From an uncultured archaeon (GTDB taxonomy: Archaea > Thermoproteota > Bathyarchaeia > Bathyarchaeales > Bathycorpusculaceae): a stretch of DNA of 64,000 bases. The notes under the pieces were generated by a model. The model was given only the letters and a program-made list of their open reading frames with translations. It was not told where the DNA came from and did not search any database. The stretch lies in assembly GCA_963810275.1 (NCBI GenBank), contig CAWENF010000002.1, positions 158,654 through 222,653 on the forward strand, read 5' to 3'. Position 1 is the stretch's first letter. The number at the start of each line of letters is the position of its first letter. This document shows, piece after piece, positions 20,027 through 30,508 of the stretch. Position numbers and translations under genes: made by a program.

Positions 20027-21629
20027 AGATGGTTACCTCGCTGTTTTGGTAAATCAGGTTGTAGGGTTCAAGTTTGTCTGTCCAGTTAGTTGGCAGCCTG
20101 TAAGGGATACCTTGGCTGAGTACATACCCATTTGTATTCATCTGGTTATAAACATATAAGAGTTCGGGCTTTGACCCATTCTCTGCTAGGTATCGGTAAC
20201 CAGCCATTGTGGTGACGCTTTGGTTGAAGTACCCTTGAACGAGATAGCTTACTTTTGAGTCACCCGCAACCGTCTGATTAATCATGTTTGTGGATAGCCA
20301 GTCTGAAGCTGTGTATTCTGGGGCGTTATAGCGCCAGAAGTAGCCAAAATAAGGTTCCTGCAGTGAAACAGTAGCATAAACAGAATAGGAGTTTACAGTG
20401 ACTATCACCAATATTACTGCAACCGCTATGAGTTTGATTGGTCTGCTGAGTTTGAAGTGGCTGTTTTTACTTGAGATTTTGTTGATTCCGACTGCGACTA
20501 AAATCAGAAGTGGTGGCAACAAAAAGTTGAGTGAGCGTGATGCAAAAGTTACAGAGCCCGCAGGGTCTGCTAAAACTGCGTAGCTGGCAAACGCGATTAT
20601 GCTCATGCTCCAGAACAGGGGAATTATCAGGGAAGATTTTCTTTGATAGAGTTCATTTAAGCCAAATATGATTAGCGGTACGGCGATGATGAAGGGTAGG
20701 GCATAGATTAGATAGTGAGAGGGCAAAATCGGGGCTATTGATAGAAGTGGTACTTGCGTTAAGAGAAAGGTGAATAAGAAAACTGCAATGAAGGCGACTA
20801 GTGCGTTTAGAATGGTGATTTTTCGGGAATGCTTCTTTGCTAAGAAGGTTGAGTATGTGGCTATGGTTAGGATTAGGATTTGGTATGCTCCTATGGTTAG
20901 TAAATCAGTCGATGAAAGGGATATGAAAGACGTTTGACCAGCGAATAGTAGAAAATAGGCTGCGGTTACTATGGACAGTATGGCGAGCAGTAGGAAGTTA
21001 GTTTTGTTGGAGTTGATTTTTTGCTTAGGGTCCTTTTTGATGGTGAAGAAGGCTGCGCAGAGGCTGGCTAGAATGGTTATAGTCAAAAAAGTGGTTAGGT
21101 GGTGTGCGAGCACCAAAGCTATCGATAGGGTGGAGAATAAGATGATTGTTTTCCAGTTTTGCTTGAGTAGGAAAACTAGGATTAAGGAAATGTAGATGGG
21201 GCTGGCTAAGGTTTCTTTTGTAACCCCGGCAGTAAATAGTGCATATGGAAAAACGGTGGTCAGCAGAGCTGCGGCGATTAAGGAGATGTTGTTGTTATGA
21301 GTGATTTTTTTGACTAGTAAATAAAATATGGGGATCGTTAGGGCTGCAGCTATAGGTATGCCTATGGCCATGGCGGTAATGGGAGGTAGAGACGTTACAA
21401 GCGAGCTTACTGCTCCAAAGAGGCTGATAAGAGGCCAGTAGTTGTTGTAGCCATCAAATATGCCGCTGTTTAACGGGACCGGTGAGTTTTGGAGTAGAAT
21501 CTCTGTGTTTCTTATGAGGGGCCAGGCGTCGGTTGAGAATGGATTACCGCTGATTACGGTCGGGTATAGTCTTATGGCTATGGCGAGGAGCAGGACAATG
21601 AAGAGTGCTAAGTAGGGGGTTTTTTTCAT
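20013..21629 (-). CDS. Polytopic membrane protein, GT-C/DUF2206-like
   Basis: About 12 TM; FSTDAW first loop, HHLTT motif, C-terminal soluble domain ending NLIYQNSEVTIY. Confidence 0.65.
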   Translation of the reverse strand: MKKTPYLALFIVLLLAIAIRLYPTVISGNPFSTDAWPLIRNTEILLQNSPVPLNSGIFDGYNNYWPLISLFGAVSSLVTSLPPITAMAIGIPIAAALTIPIFYLLVKKITHNNNISLIAAALLTTVFPYALFTAGVTKETLASPIYISLILVFLLKQNWKTIILFSTLSIALVLAHHLTTFLTITILASLCAAFFTIKKDPKQKINSNKTNFLLLAILSIVTAAYFLLFAGQTSFISLSSTDLLTIGAYQILILTIATYSTFLAKKHSRKITILNALVAFIAVFLFTFLLTQVPLLSIAPILPSHYLIYALPFIIAVPLIIFGLNELYQRKSSLIIPLFWSMSIIAFASYAVLADPAGSVTFASRSLNFLLPPLLILVAVGINKISSKNSHFKLSRPIKLIAVAVILVIVTVNSYSVYATVSLQEPYFGYFWRYNAPEYTASDWLSTNMINQTVAGDSKVSYLVQGYFNQSVTTMAGYRYLAENGSKPELLYVYNQMNTNGYVLSQGIPYRLPTNWTDKLEPYNLIYQNSEVTIYARR

Positions 21630-22826
21630 TGTTTGAGCTCCATTCTGCCTATGCTTAAGCTAACGAGTGCAGCCATTAGAAGGAAGTTGGCTAAAATGAT
21701 AATTGGGTCAAGCTGGAAGTTTATGGTATGAGATATGACTTGTAGGTAGCCTAATTGTTGGAATCCTGTGATAAAGATGGCGCTGATTAAGGTGCCCAAG
21801 ATAGTGGCGATAAGTGCCCAGGTTACCATTCGTAAGATTAGGTCGGTTTTGATTTTTTTGCTTGAGACACCTATACAGCGTAGGGTTCCAATGTCTGAGG
21901 AGTGCTGTTTGACAAATAAGGTTATAGCTGAGATGGCTGTTCCGCTGGCAAGCACTAGCACAGCTATAGATAATATGATTAGGGTGTCTTTGCTTATTCC
22001 ATAGCGGTCCAGGTAGTTTTGCATGAATTGTTGAGATTGCTCTATGCCTACGGTGCCTATTTTTAGGTTTGTTCTGAGCTGCCATGGGTATGAGTGCTTC
22101 GAGTTGTTTTTGGGTTTGGTTTTTTGGTGTGGGCGTCGGCGTAGTTGATTGGTCTGTTTGAGTTTGATTGATTATTTGTTGGTAGATTTGGTTGGTGTTT
22201 GTTTGTTGGGGGTTTATTTTTGCTCTTATTAGGGTTGCGTCGTTGTAGTTTAAGCCTCTTAGCCATTGGGCGATGTAGATGGGTACTAGTGCTTCGTCGT
22301 TTAGGGATGTTTCTGAGTTGAAGATGCCTTTGACTTGGAGTTCAACATACCGTTTTGAGGCTATGCCGAATACTAAGAGGTTATCTCCTGTTTTGAGGTC
22401 TAGTTTGTTTGCTAAGTTGATACCGAGTATGCAGGAGTTTGTGTCTGTGAGGTTAAGGTCTTGGCCGTATTGTAGTTGTAGAGGGTTGAGTTTTTTGAGG
22501 TCATCGGGGATTATGCCGCGGATAAAGACTGATTGGTTGTTTATTGTGCATGGTGCTATGACCTCGGGGCTTGTTGAGATTACTCCTTCTTGGGCAGTTA
22601 CTAAATCAGTGACTTTTAGGGATATAATTCCTGAGTAGGGTGTGCTGCTTGTTTTGCTGTATATGGCGATTATGTCTTTGTCTTCTCCTACATAATTGGT
22701 AAATCCGTTGTAGAAACCAAGAAAGCTGTATGCAGTCACAGAGAACAGTGTTGAGATTAGCGTTAGGATAGCAACTACACTTACAATACGTCTTCTATGC
22801 AGGTACCTAAATTTTATTAGGCTCAT
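21626..22826 (-). CDS. FtsX/MacB-like ABC permease (frameshift near 22060)
   Basis: TM, extracellular domain, DIGTLRCIGVS motif; ORFs 21708-22826 and 21626-22024. Confidence 0.8.
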
Positions 22827-23950
22827 AGCTGGGTCTCCTGAGCTATGATTTTTGTGCCCTTTATGGCTGGGTAGATAGAGCCGATCAGGGAAGCGGCGAG
22901 TGCAAGTAAGAGTATTTCCAGTGCTTGTTGTACGGTTAGAAAGGGGTTTAGGAATGAGCTTTCAAATTGCCACCTAAGAAGAGTTGAAGCAGTTTGTGTT
23001 CCCACGATACCTAACGAGATCCCCACAAGTGCACCGGCAAACGCTACTGCCATGGTGTAGGTGAGGATTAGGGTTAGGGTGGTTTTTCGTTTTGCACCTA
23101 TAGTTCTGAGGGTGTGAAGCTCAAAGCGTGCCTCGTCGATAATTCTTGAAGCTATAACATATGATGAGGCTATGACTACTATGTAGACGGCTATTGACCA
23201 GACGTTTATGAAAGTGGCAGTTTGGTCATTGATGTCTTGTGCGAATGTTGGCACCTGCTGGGTGTTGGTTATTTTTGTTTCTTCAGGGAGGGTTTTGGTG
23301 AGGTTTTCTATCAAATCTGTGGCTTTTTGGGGATCTTTTATGGAGAATTCAATGAATGAAATTTGATTATCCAGGGTGAGTGCTTGGAGGGTTGATAGGG
23401 GAATTATTATTTGAGTATCAATTTGTTGGTTTGCCTGAAATATTGAGGTGGTATTAAGTTGTGTTTGTTTGCCATCGATTGTTAAGTTTAGTAAGTCATT
23501 TTTGTTGAGTGAAGATAGCCTTGCTAATATTACGCCTACGTTAGCTTGATTATCTTGGGCTATCGCTCCGTTGATGTTTGTGCGAGTATTCTTTAGGAAT
23601 GCTTCTGTGTCATCCACCCCTCTTACGGTAACAGGGTATGTTCCATTTTTGGTTTCCAGAGTTGCTTGAATTATTTGCTGTGATGTGGAATATTTTATGG
23701 ATGGATTGTTTTTTACTTGGGTGATGATTGAAGCTGGAATTTTGCTATCTAACAGTGAGTTTGAATTTTCGCTTGTGACTAGAAATGTGTCGCCTGTACT
23801 TGCGAGGTTTGTTATCAGTGTTGTTTGTGAGTTTATGTTGTTAATCAGAGTGTTTACTGATGCCAGTAGGGCAATGAGTAGGGCAATGGCTATGATTGCT
23901 GACGCTGTGCCCTTTTTTAGAAACAGCATCTTTAGTGGTAAAGCCTGCAT
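22823..23950 (-). CDS. FtsX/MacB-like ABC permease
   Basis: ELHTLRTIGAKR, SIYPA motifs; 4-TM topology. Confidence 0.85.
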   Translation of the reverse strand: MQALPLKMLFLKKGTASAIIAIALLIALLASVNTLINNINSQTTLITNLASTGDTFLVTSENSNSLLDSKIPASIITQVKNNPSIKYSTSQQIIQATLETKNGTYPVTVRGVDDTEAFLKNTRTNINGAIAQDNQANVGVILARLSSLNKNDLLNLTIDGKQTQLNTTSIFQANQQIDTQIIIPLSTLQALTLDNQISFIEFSIKDPQKATDLIENLTKTLPEETKITNTQQVPTFAQDINDQTATFINVWSIAVYIVVIASSYVIASRIIDEARFELHTLRTIGAKRKTTLTLILTYTMAVAFAGALVGISLGIVGTQTASTLLRWQFESSFLNPFLTVQQALEILLLALAASLIGSIYPAIKGTKIIAQETQL

Positions 23951-23978
23951 TCTTGCCCCTCAGATATAGTTATTGTTA

Positions 23979-24946
23979 TCAGGCTGGAGCTGTCACGTTA
24001 ACCCATATTTGGCCCCAACGTCTTCTTGGTACTGGTTGCTGGTTGTTGTTTGGTTGTATGCCCAAAGCTCAAAGATTATTCTCTGATTTGTTCCCACCTG
24101 TGTTAGGGTTATATCTACAGGGAATGTCCAAGTGCCATTGTTTGGCAGTACCTGGCTGTATTTGTTTACGGTTGGTATATTGGCTGGGTTGATTTGTGTT
24201 TCGTTGTTACCCAGTTTGACCATTACTGTGTAGTACATGGGAGTGCCCATTTGGTTGCCTACATAGCCGTAGAGTGAGATGGTATCGCTGGCTACTACCT
24301 CAGAGGGGTAATCGCCAAGCATCATGTTAGGACCCAGAATGCCTATTTCGGAAAACTGTTCGCCTGTGTTTGCTGGCAATAGGTAACCTGAAACTGATAC
24401 TAACGCTATTAGAACTGCTACCGCTAAGATTATTGCGCTTAGCTGTTCGGCTGTTAGAAATAGTGCGTCTTTCTTTTTCTGGGGATTGATTTTTACTTTG
24501 TAGTTTTTTCTGGTTTTTAGCCAAGTTTTCCACAGGGCTTTTGGGAGTAATAAGTAAACTGCAATGCCTGCAGCTATTGACCCTGCCGCAATTGCTATGG
24601 GGATTACTGGAATTGCGTTTGCGGCTGTTTCTGCCGCTATGTTGGCTTGGCTGGTTACGTTTTCGGCTATTGTCTTAGCTTGGTCTGCTAATGTTATTGC
24701 TTTTTGAGGGTTGGTTTCTATTAGTTGTTGGGCTTGAGAAGTTAAATTAAGCGCTTGGTTTAGTTGGGTGATGAGTTGGTTTGTTTCTGCTCCTGAATTG
24801 TATGCGTTTTGTATGGCAATATAGGCTGAGTCTTGAGCATTCTGAGCATCGGCAATTTGCGAGGTTTGGCCTTGAACGACTGCTAACGTAGATAAAGCTA
24901 TGAGCAGAATTAGAAATGCAATAGGTAGTTTAGCTGCTGTTCTCAT
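23979..24946 (-). CDS. Secreted/membrane protein carrying the C-terminal half of DUF1616
   Basis: Signal peptide, helical domain, TMs, GEQFSEIGILGP...DYP, YVGNQMG, RIIFELW; small 3' frameshift gives RWGQIWVNVTAPA. Confidence 0.7.
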
Positions 24947-25037
24947 TAACCCTCTCTCATCTCAAGATACCCGTTGTTCTAAGCATAAGACATATATAAA
25001 AATTATACAGGGTTAATCCATTGTAGTCGTAAGTTGG

Positions 25038-25631
25038 TTGGAGGAAGCAAGGGTGGGTGTAGATTTAGGGCAAGTTGTTTTAGATACAGCAAAGTCCATG
25101 ACGCACCCCACCGTTTCCGAACTGGTTGATGCATTAGTTAAGCAAAAAGGGCTCAAAGAAAAAGACGCAACAAAAGCGGTATATGTTGAATACAAAAAGG
25201 GTACGCTTAACCTTTCTGATGTTAAGCCGCCAACTAATTTAGTGAGTTACTTTTTTAATTTAGAGAGTGCGTGGTTTTGGGGAGTTACTGCGTTAGTAGC
25301 GGTTACAGTATTTGTTGTCTTTGCCGTTAATGCCTCTGCTCTGCTGTATGTTCGCTATGTACTTGGCGGAGTGTTTATTTTGTTTCTGCCTGGTTTTCTG
25401 CTTATTTCCGCACTATACGCTAGAAGTGATGAGATGGACTCCCTTGAAAAAGTAGCTTTATCAATTGGGTTGAGCCTTGCCATTGTGCCACTTATTGGGC
25501 TTGTTCTAAATTATACGCCTTGGGGAATTAGGTTGGAGCCAATTATGGTTTCGTTGTCATTATTCAGTGAAGTAATGGCGGTAGCGTGTGTTGTGCGTAG
25601 GTTTAGATATTTCAGATTAAGTCTTAGATGA
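25038..25631 (+). CDS. Membrane protein carrying the N-terminal TM half of DUF1616
   Basis: FILFLPGF, LEKVALSIGLSLAIVPLIGLVLNYTPWGI. Confidence 0.8.
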   Translation: MEEARVGVDLGQVVLDTAKSMTHPTVSELVDALVKQKGLKEKDATKAVYVEYKKGTLNLSDVKPPTNLVSYFFNLESAWFWGVTALVAVTVFVVFAVNASALLYVRYVLGGVFILFLPGFLLISALYARSDEMDSLEKVALSIGLSLAIVPLIGLVLNYTPWGIRLEPIMVSLSLFSEVMAVACVVRRFRYFRLSLR

Positions 25632-25714
25632 TAGCGCTTTTTTGAGGTTAAGGCTTAAAAGTTATTAGATGGAAGAACGTTTTCAATAGCGTTTCGTCTC
25701 AGTTAAGAGAGAGG

Positions 25715-26470
25715 TTGGGGATAGCACAGTTAATGTTTGAGAATACGTATCGTGCACTTTCAGTCTGTCTAGCCGTAATAGGTGCATGCATAGCGGTACT
25801 CTCATTTTTTATTTTAAATTCAAATCCTTTAACGTCGCTGGGAATTTCCACCATTATAATTGGGGCGGTATCTTTTGCTATTTCAAGGGGACAACCCAAG
25901 ATTCCCGCTATGGCAAGTTCGATTTTACTGCAATCGGGTGTTGAAAACATTTCAGCGTTTGTTGAGGAATTAGGGTTGAAATCAAAAGCTATCTATCTTC
26001 CCTCAAGTATCTCGGGTGACAAACCCAAAGCATTGATACCAATTGAGGAAAATGCGGAAGTGAACAAGAAAGTCCTGCCCAAGCGCCTGATTGTAAATTA
26101 CGGTAATAAGGCTGGTGCTATGGGTTTGCTTCTTTTCACTCCGGGTTCAGCGGTTGGAGAAATGGTTGAGCCAAAGCCTGATGCATCAGGTGGAGATTTG
26201 GAGGCAGCTATTTCCTCTGTTTTGGGCACAATTAATTTGGCTGACGGGGTAAGGGCTACTTTGGAGGGAGACAGAGTTGTTGTTGAGGTTGTTAATCCGC
26301 GTCTTGAAGTGGAAAAGATGTGGGTTTATGAAAGCATCGGTAGTCCAATAGCATCGATTGTTGCCTCCGTCAGCGCTCAGGTTTTAGACAGACCTGTAAC
26401 CCTTGTTAATGAACAGAATACTAAGAATAAACTCGTGGTTGAATTGAAAGCGATGGGGCGAGTTCCCTGA
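25715..26470 (+). CDS. Conserved archaeal 2-TM protein with cytoplasmic domain
   Basis: Two TMs, KAIYLP and GSPIASIVA motifs. Confidence 0.7.
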   Translation: MGIAQLMFENTYRALSVCLAVIGACIAVLSFFILNSNPLTSLGISTIIIGAVSFAISRGQPKIPAMASSILLQSGVENISAFVEELGLKSKAIYLPSSISGDKPKALIPIEENAEVNKKVLPKRLIVNYGNKAGAMGLLLFTPGSAVGEMVEPKPDASGGDLEAAISSVLGTINLADGVRATLEGDRVVVEVVNPRLEVEKMWVYESIGSPIASIVASVSAQVLDRPVTLVNEQNTKNKLVVELKAMGRVP

Positions 26471-26730
26471 AGGTTCCAGAGCGCTACCTCCTATCCTTGA
26501 CCGTATGTTACACATTAACAACTTTTGCGCTCTCGTTTTATAGCGGCAGCGGTTTGGATTTGTATATTTCAGTTTTCATCGTTGAATATTTTATTCTAAC
26601 ACTGCTGCACTCTCCGCTTAACCCAAAAACTCAGAAGGTAACAAACCTGGTTGGTTACTCCTTGTTTGGGGTCTTTGTGGTTATTGTTGCTTTCAAGGTT
26701 TTAGAAATTCTAGGAGTGGGGTTACTTTGA
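26467..26730 (+). CDS. Small 3-TM protein, probable CTG start
   Basis: ORF 26497-26730 extends in frame to a CTG overlapping the upstream TGA (CTGA). Confidence 0.65.
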   Translation: MKVPERYLLSLTVCYTLTTFALSFYSGSGLDLYISVFIVEYFILTLLHSPLNPKTQKVTNLVGYSLFGVFVVIVAFKVLEILGVGLL

Positions 26731-28667
26731 ATCAAAAGGCAGCGTTTTTCTTAGTGGGACTCATGTTTGCTGCGATGGTCGGTCCAAGTTTTGTTAGCGC
26801 TGCCCTTCCGCATGAAGACCCTAATCAGGTGGAAAGCTCGATTGATTCATTATCTTTCCTAACGCAGTATGTTGATATCTTTTCGTTGATGTCTTCGGGC
26901 AATTATGAAAACGCCAGTCAACTTAGTGAACAAATGAGCCGCATAACAGTGCCCAGCGACTTAAGCTACATTATTTCTAAATATAATGATCTAACTCAGC
27001 AACTGATTGTTCAGTTAAATGATCTTGAGACCACTTTGAATAACGCTTCAAGTTTACTGGACCAAAACCGACTCACGGAAGCACGCCAAGCCTTAGATCA
27101 TGCAGGCGTTGTGGTCTCTAAAGCACAAATTCTCTTAACAGATCTTGGAGAGGCCACCACTACAGTTAGCCAGAAATTAGGTGTTTTTGGGTCAGTTGCA
27201 GGCAGCAAGCTAAGGGAGGCTTACTCAGAGCTACAAAGCATGCTGCTTAGGCTTCAGGACCTTATTGATAGGTATCATAGCCTTTTGCAAGAGGCAAACA
27301 AGAAGTATGACGGAATTCAGGCGGAAAGTCTGAAATCAACATCTTTGACTTTGGCGTTAGATTCGACTGAAAGCTTTGTCGGAGGCTCTGTTAAGGCGTC
27401 AGGGGCACTTTCTGGCGGTGGCCAAGTCTTAGCTAGCCGAACAGTCACTCTGGTTTTAGATGGAAAAGCAATTTCAACTGTTAAGACAAACTCGGGAGGC
27501 TCTTTTGAGGCGACCGTTCAGATTCCTTACAAATATGTTAGCTCTGTTTTGATTAGCGCATATTATGCACCAGAAGGAAACGATAAAAGCACTTACTTAG
27601 GGTGCAGTAGTCCAAGCATAAAGCTCAACGTTATTTATTACAAGACAAATCTTGAAGTTTCAGCTCCAAATGTCGCTTACACTGGGCAGACTCTAACAGT
27701 AACAGGAAAAGTCACTTCGCAAACTAATTCACCGCTAAACGAAAGGCATGTAAGAGTGACACTTGACGGAGAAGCCTTCTATCAAGGTGTTACTAATGAC
27801 AACGGGACATTTGTAGCAAAAACCCCCATAAGCCCAGCTGCAAAGTTAGGCAATCACACATTGAAGGTTAATGTTGACTCCAGTGGATTGTATGCAGGTG
27901 CTTCTTTTCAGAAAAATGTAACAGTGGCGAAAATGTCGACTTACTTGGAGGTAGATGCACCATCTTTTGCTATGTTACCCTCACAGATGGAAATTAAAGG
28001 GTCAGTAAGGTCCGCTAATGGTCCATTAAGCGATGTAAATGTAACAATTGTTTTTGCCAATGTGTCAGCTTCTGTTAAGACGTTGAGTGATGGGAGTTTT
28101 GGGCTTAAGCTGGATGTTCCGTTTAATACTGCTTTTGCCGGAGATCAAACACTATTGGTTAGCGCTAAACCCGCAGAAGCTTGGTATGCTACTGCTGAAA
28201 CGCAGTTGACAGTTTTCGTGTTGAATGCGTTAAGTATTGGTTTAGCTGCTGCATCATCTTTTGCGATTGTTTTTTTCCTCGGTTTTAGATTTGCTAAAAC
28301 TAATAAGAAAAACCTGTCAGTGGCTAAGACTTTGGCAAGTGTGCCTGAACTTAGTAAAGAAGCGTCAGTTGTTGTTCCGGCAGGTGTTAGTGAGAGAAAA
28401 CTTGATGGTTACAAAGGGCGCATAATCAAGGCATACATAGAAGCTGTTAAAGCTGTTGAATCAGCCACTGGTTTGTCAGCTTCACCCACTATGACCTTAC
28501 GGGAGTACCTTCAGTTGGCAAAGCCAAAGTTAGAGGTAGCACTTGACGCATTCATAGAATTGACCTCGTTAACAGAAAAGATTCTTTATTCAGGGCAGGC
28601 AGTAGAAGAAGCTGACGTCAACAGATCAGAGGAACTAAGGAGGATTATTATCAGTGGAGCAACGTAA
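26727..28667 (+). CDS. DUF4129-domain surface protein with helical and Ig-like repeats
   Basis: Signal peptide, coiled region, three beta-rich repeats, TM, TMTLREY...LTSLTEKILYS. Confidence 0.8.
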   Translation: MNQKAAFFLVGLMFAAMVGPSFVSAALPHEDPNQVESSIDSLSFLTQYVDIFSLMSSGNYENASQLSEQMSRITVPSDLSYIISKYNDLTQQLIVQLNDLETTLNNASSLLDQNRLTEARQALDHAGVVVSKAQILLTDLGEATTTVSQKLGVFGSVAGSKLREAYSELQSMLLRLQDLIDRYHSLLQEANKKYDGIQAESLKSTSLTLALDSTESFVGGSVKASGALSGGGQVLASRTVTLVLDGKAISTVKTNSGGSFEATVQIPYKYVSSVLISAYYAPEGNDKSTYLGCSSPSIKLNVIYYKTNLEVSAPNVAYTGQTLTVTGKVTSQTNSPLNERHVRVTLDGEAFYQGVTNDNGTFVAKTPISPAAKLGNHTLKVNVDSSGLYAGASFQKNVTVAKMSTYLEVDAPSFAMLPSQMEIKGSVRSANGPLSDVNVTIVFANVSASVKTLSDGSFGLKLDVPFNTAFAGDQTLLVSAKPAEAWYATAETQLTVFVLNALSIGLAAASSFAIVFFLGFRFAKTNKKNLSVAKTLASVPELSKEASVVVPAGVSERKLDGYKGRIIKAYIEAVKAVESATGLSASPTMTLREYLQLAKPKLEVALDAFIELTSLTEKILYSGQAVEEADVNRSEELRRIIISGAT

Positions 28668-29560
28668 GGTTTTGTCAGCCTTAATTTTGGCGATTCTGCT
28701 TTTGTCATGTGCAATAATCTGGTTTTATCCACCTACTGGCGATTACCGGGTTGATAATCCATCTTGGAATGGTTTCTCCAAACTAAACAGCGAAACTGGC
28801 GCGGTGGCTCTGGGGTCTTTGGAGGATTTGCCATCAACAGGCAGGGGCACAACTCTGGTTTTGGTGCCATACGAGCAGATGTCTAATCAAGAACTTTTGA
28901 AACTGGGCAGCTATGTCAATTCGGGTGGGACAGTAGTTGTTTTGGATGATTATGGCTTTGGCAATCAGGTTCTTGGCAGCTTAGGTTTGCAGGCGAGGTT
29001 TAGTGGGCAATCTCTTTTGGATCCGCTTTATAATTACAAAAATAAGTGGTTCCCAGAAATCAGCGACTTCGCCGTCAACTCTCAAAATGTTACTGTGAAT
29101 AGTGTTGTGTTAAATCACGCCAGTTATCTGAGCAGCAACGAGGGCATGGAGGTTGTTGCTTATTCTTCTAGTTTTAGTTTCGTTGATGTTAACGGTGACG
29201 AAATATGGGATTCCAATGAACCTGCTGGTGCTCAGCCTGTGGCAGCTTATGCTAAGTTGGGCTCTGGGTTTGTGGTGGCGGTTTCTGATCCAAGTTTAGC
29301 AATTAACGGTATGATTGACTTAGCAGATAACTTGCAGTTTATTAACAAAATTTTAAGCATCCAAGGAGAAAATTCGGTCGGTATACATTGATCAGTCGCA
29401 TCTGCCAAGCACCCCATTAGATGATGCGAAGGCTGGATTGTCATTTGTATATGGGTTGGTTGCTTCTCCCTTGGGAACGTTAAGCTTAATAGCTGTGGTA
29501 TTGGCAGTATCTTTAAATTCATTCCTTGCAAGGCGAAAAAGCAATGAAAAAACAAGTTGA
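28654..29560 (+). CDS. DUF4350-domain protein (frameshift near 29380)
   Basis: NPSWNGFS, GGTVVVLDDYG, VSDPSLAINGMI; continues VYIDQSHLP plus TM in another frame. Confidence 0.8.
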
Positions 29561-30485
29561 ATCCTTTAGCGTTCCTACAAGAATTTTGGATGAAGTCACC
29601 AAAGTTGTAGTAGGCAAACAAGATGCAAAAGAGCTGTTATTGGTTGCGCTTCTTAGTGAAGGGCACGTTTTGATAGAGGGTTTTGCAGGTTCAGCTAAAA
29701 CTTTGTTGGCTAAGACGTTTGCTCAGTCGATTTCGGGTAAGTTTAAGAGAATTCAGTTTACGCCTGACATGTTGCCAGCGGATGTAACGGGATTTAATTT
29801 TTACCAACCTAATGGCAATTCACACTTTGTTGAGGGCCCTTTGTTTGCTAATGTGGTTTTGGCTGATGAATTAAACCGCACGACACCCCGCACTCAGGCT
29901 GCTTTGATCGAGGCCATGCAAGAAAACCAGATCACCGTTGAAGGCGTATCTCATCCCTTGTCGGATACTTTTATGGTTATTGCTAGCCAGTTGCCTTTTG
30001 GTTCTGAGGGTACTTATCCTTTGACTGAGGTGCAGCTTGACAGGTTCATGTTCCGCATATGGAGCGACTACGTGAGCCAAGAAGAGGAGGAAGAAGTTGT
30101 TTCTAAGGTGGATTACATCGATGACCCTGACGTTGAGGCGGTTGTGACAGTTAAGGATATTTTGGAGCTGCAAAAAGAAGTTAGAAAAGTCCACGTTTCA
30201 AAAGAGATTGTAAGTTACATAGTTTCATTGGTTAGGGCAACCCGCAAGGACCCAGACGTTTTATCGGGCATTAGCACACGAGCTAGTGTCTCGCTTTTCA
30301 AGGGAGCCAGAGCGTATGCTTTGATGCAGGGAAGAAACTATGTATTACCTGATGATGTGAAACATTTGGCTTCTCCAGTTTTTACTCACCGTATTCGCAT
30401 CAAGCCTGAAGCTGAAATGGATGATGTTACAGCTAAAACGGTGATTGACAGAGTCTTAAGCAGTGTGCCGGTACCAAAAGTATAG
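29526..30485 (+). CDS. moxR: MoxR-family AAA+ ATPase
   Basis: GHVLIEGFAGSAKT, RIQFTPDMLPAD, LADELNR, GTYPLTEVQLDRF. Confidence 0.95.
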   Translation: MQGEKAMKKQVESFSVPTRILDEVTKVVVGKQDAKELLLVALLSEGHVLIEGFAGSAKTLLAKTFAQSISGKFKRIQFTPDMLPADVTGFNFYQPNGNSHFVEGPLFANVVLADELNRTTPRTQAALIEAMQENQITVEGVSHPLSDTFMVIASQLPFGSEGTYPLTEVQLDRFMFRIWSDYVSQEEEEEVVSKVDYIDDPDVEAVVTVKDILELQKEVRKVHVSKEIVSYIVSLVRATRKDPDVLSGISTRASVSLFKGARAYALMQGRNYVLPDDVKHLASPVFTHRIRIKPEAEMDDVTAKTVIDRVLSSVPVPKV

Positions 30486-30508
30486 TTATTTATCAGATAG
30501 GTAATAAA

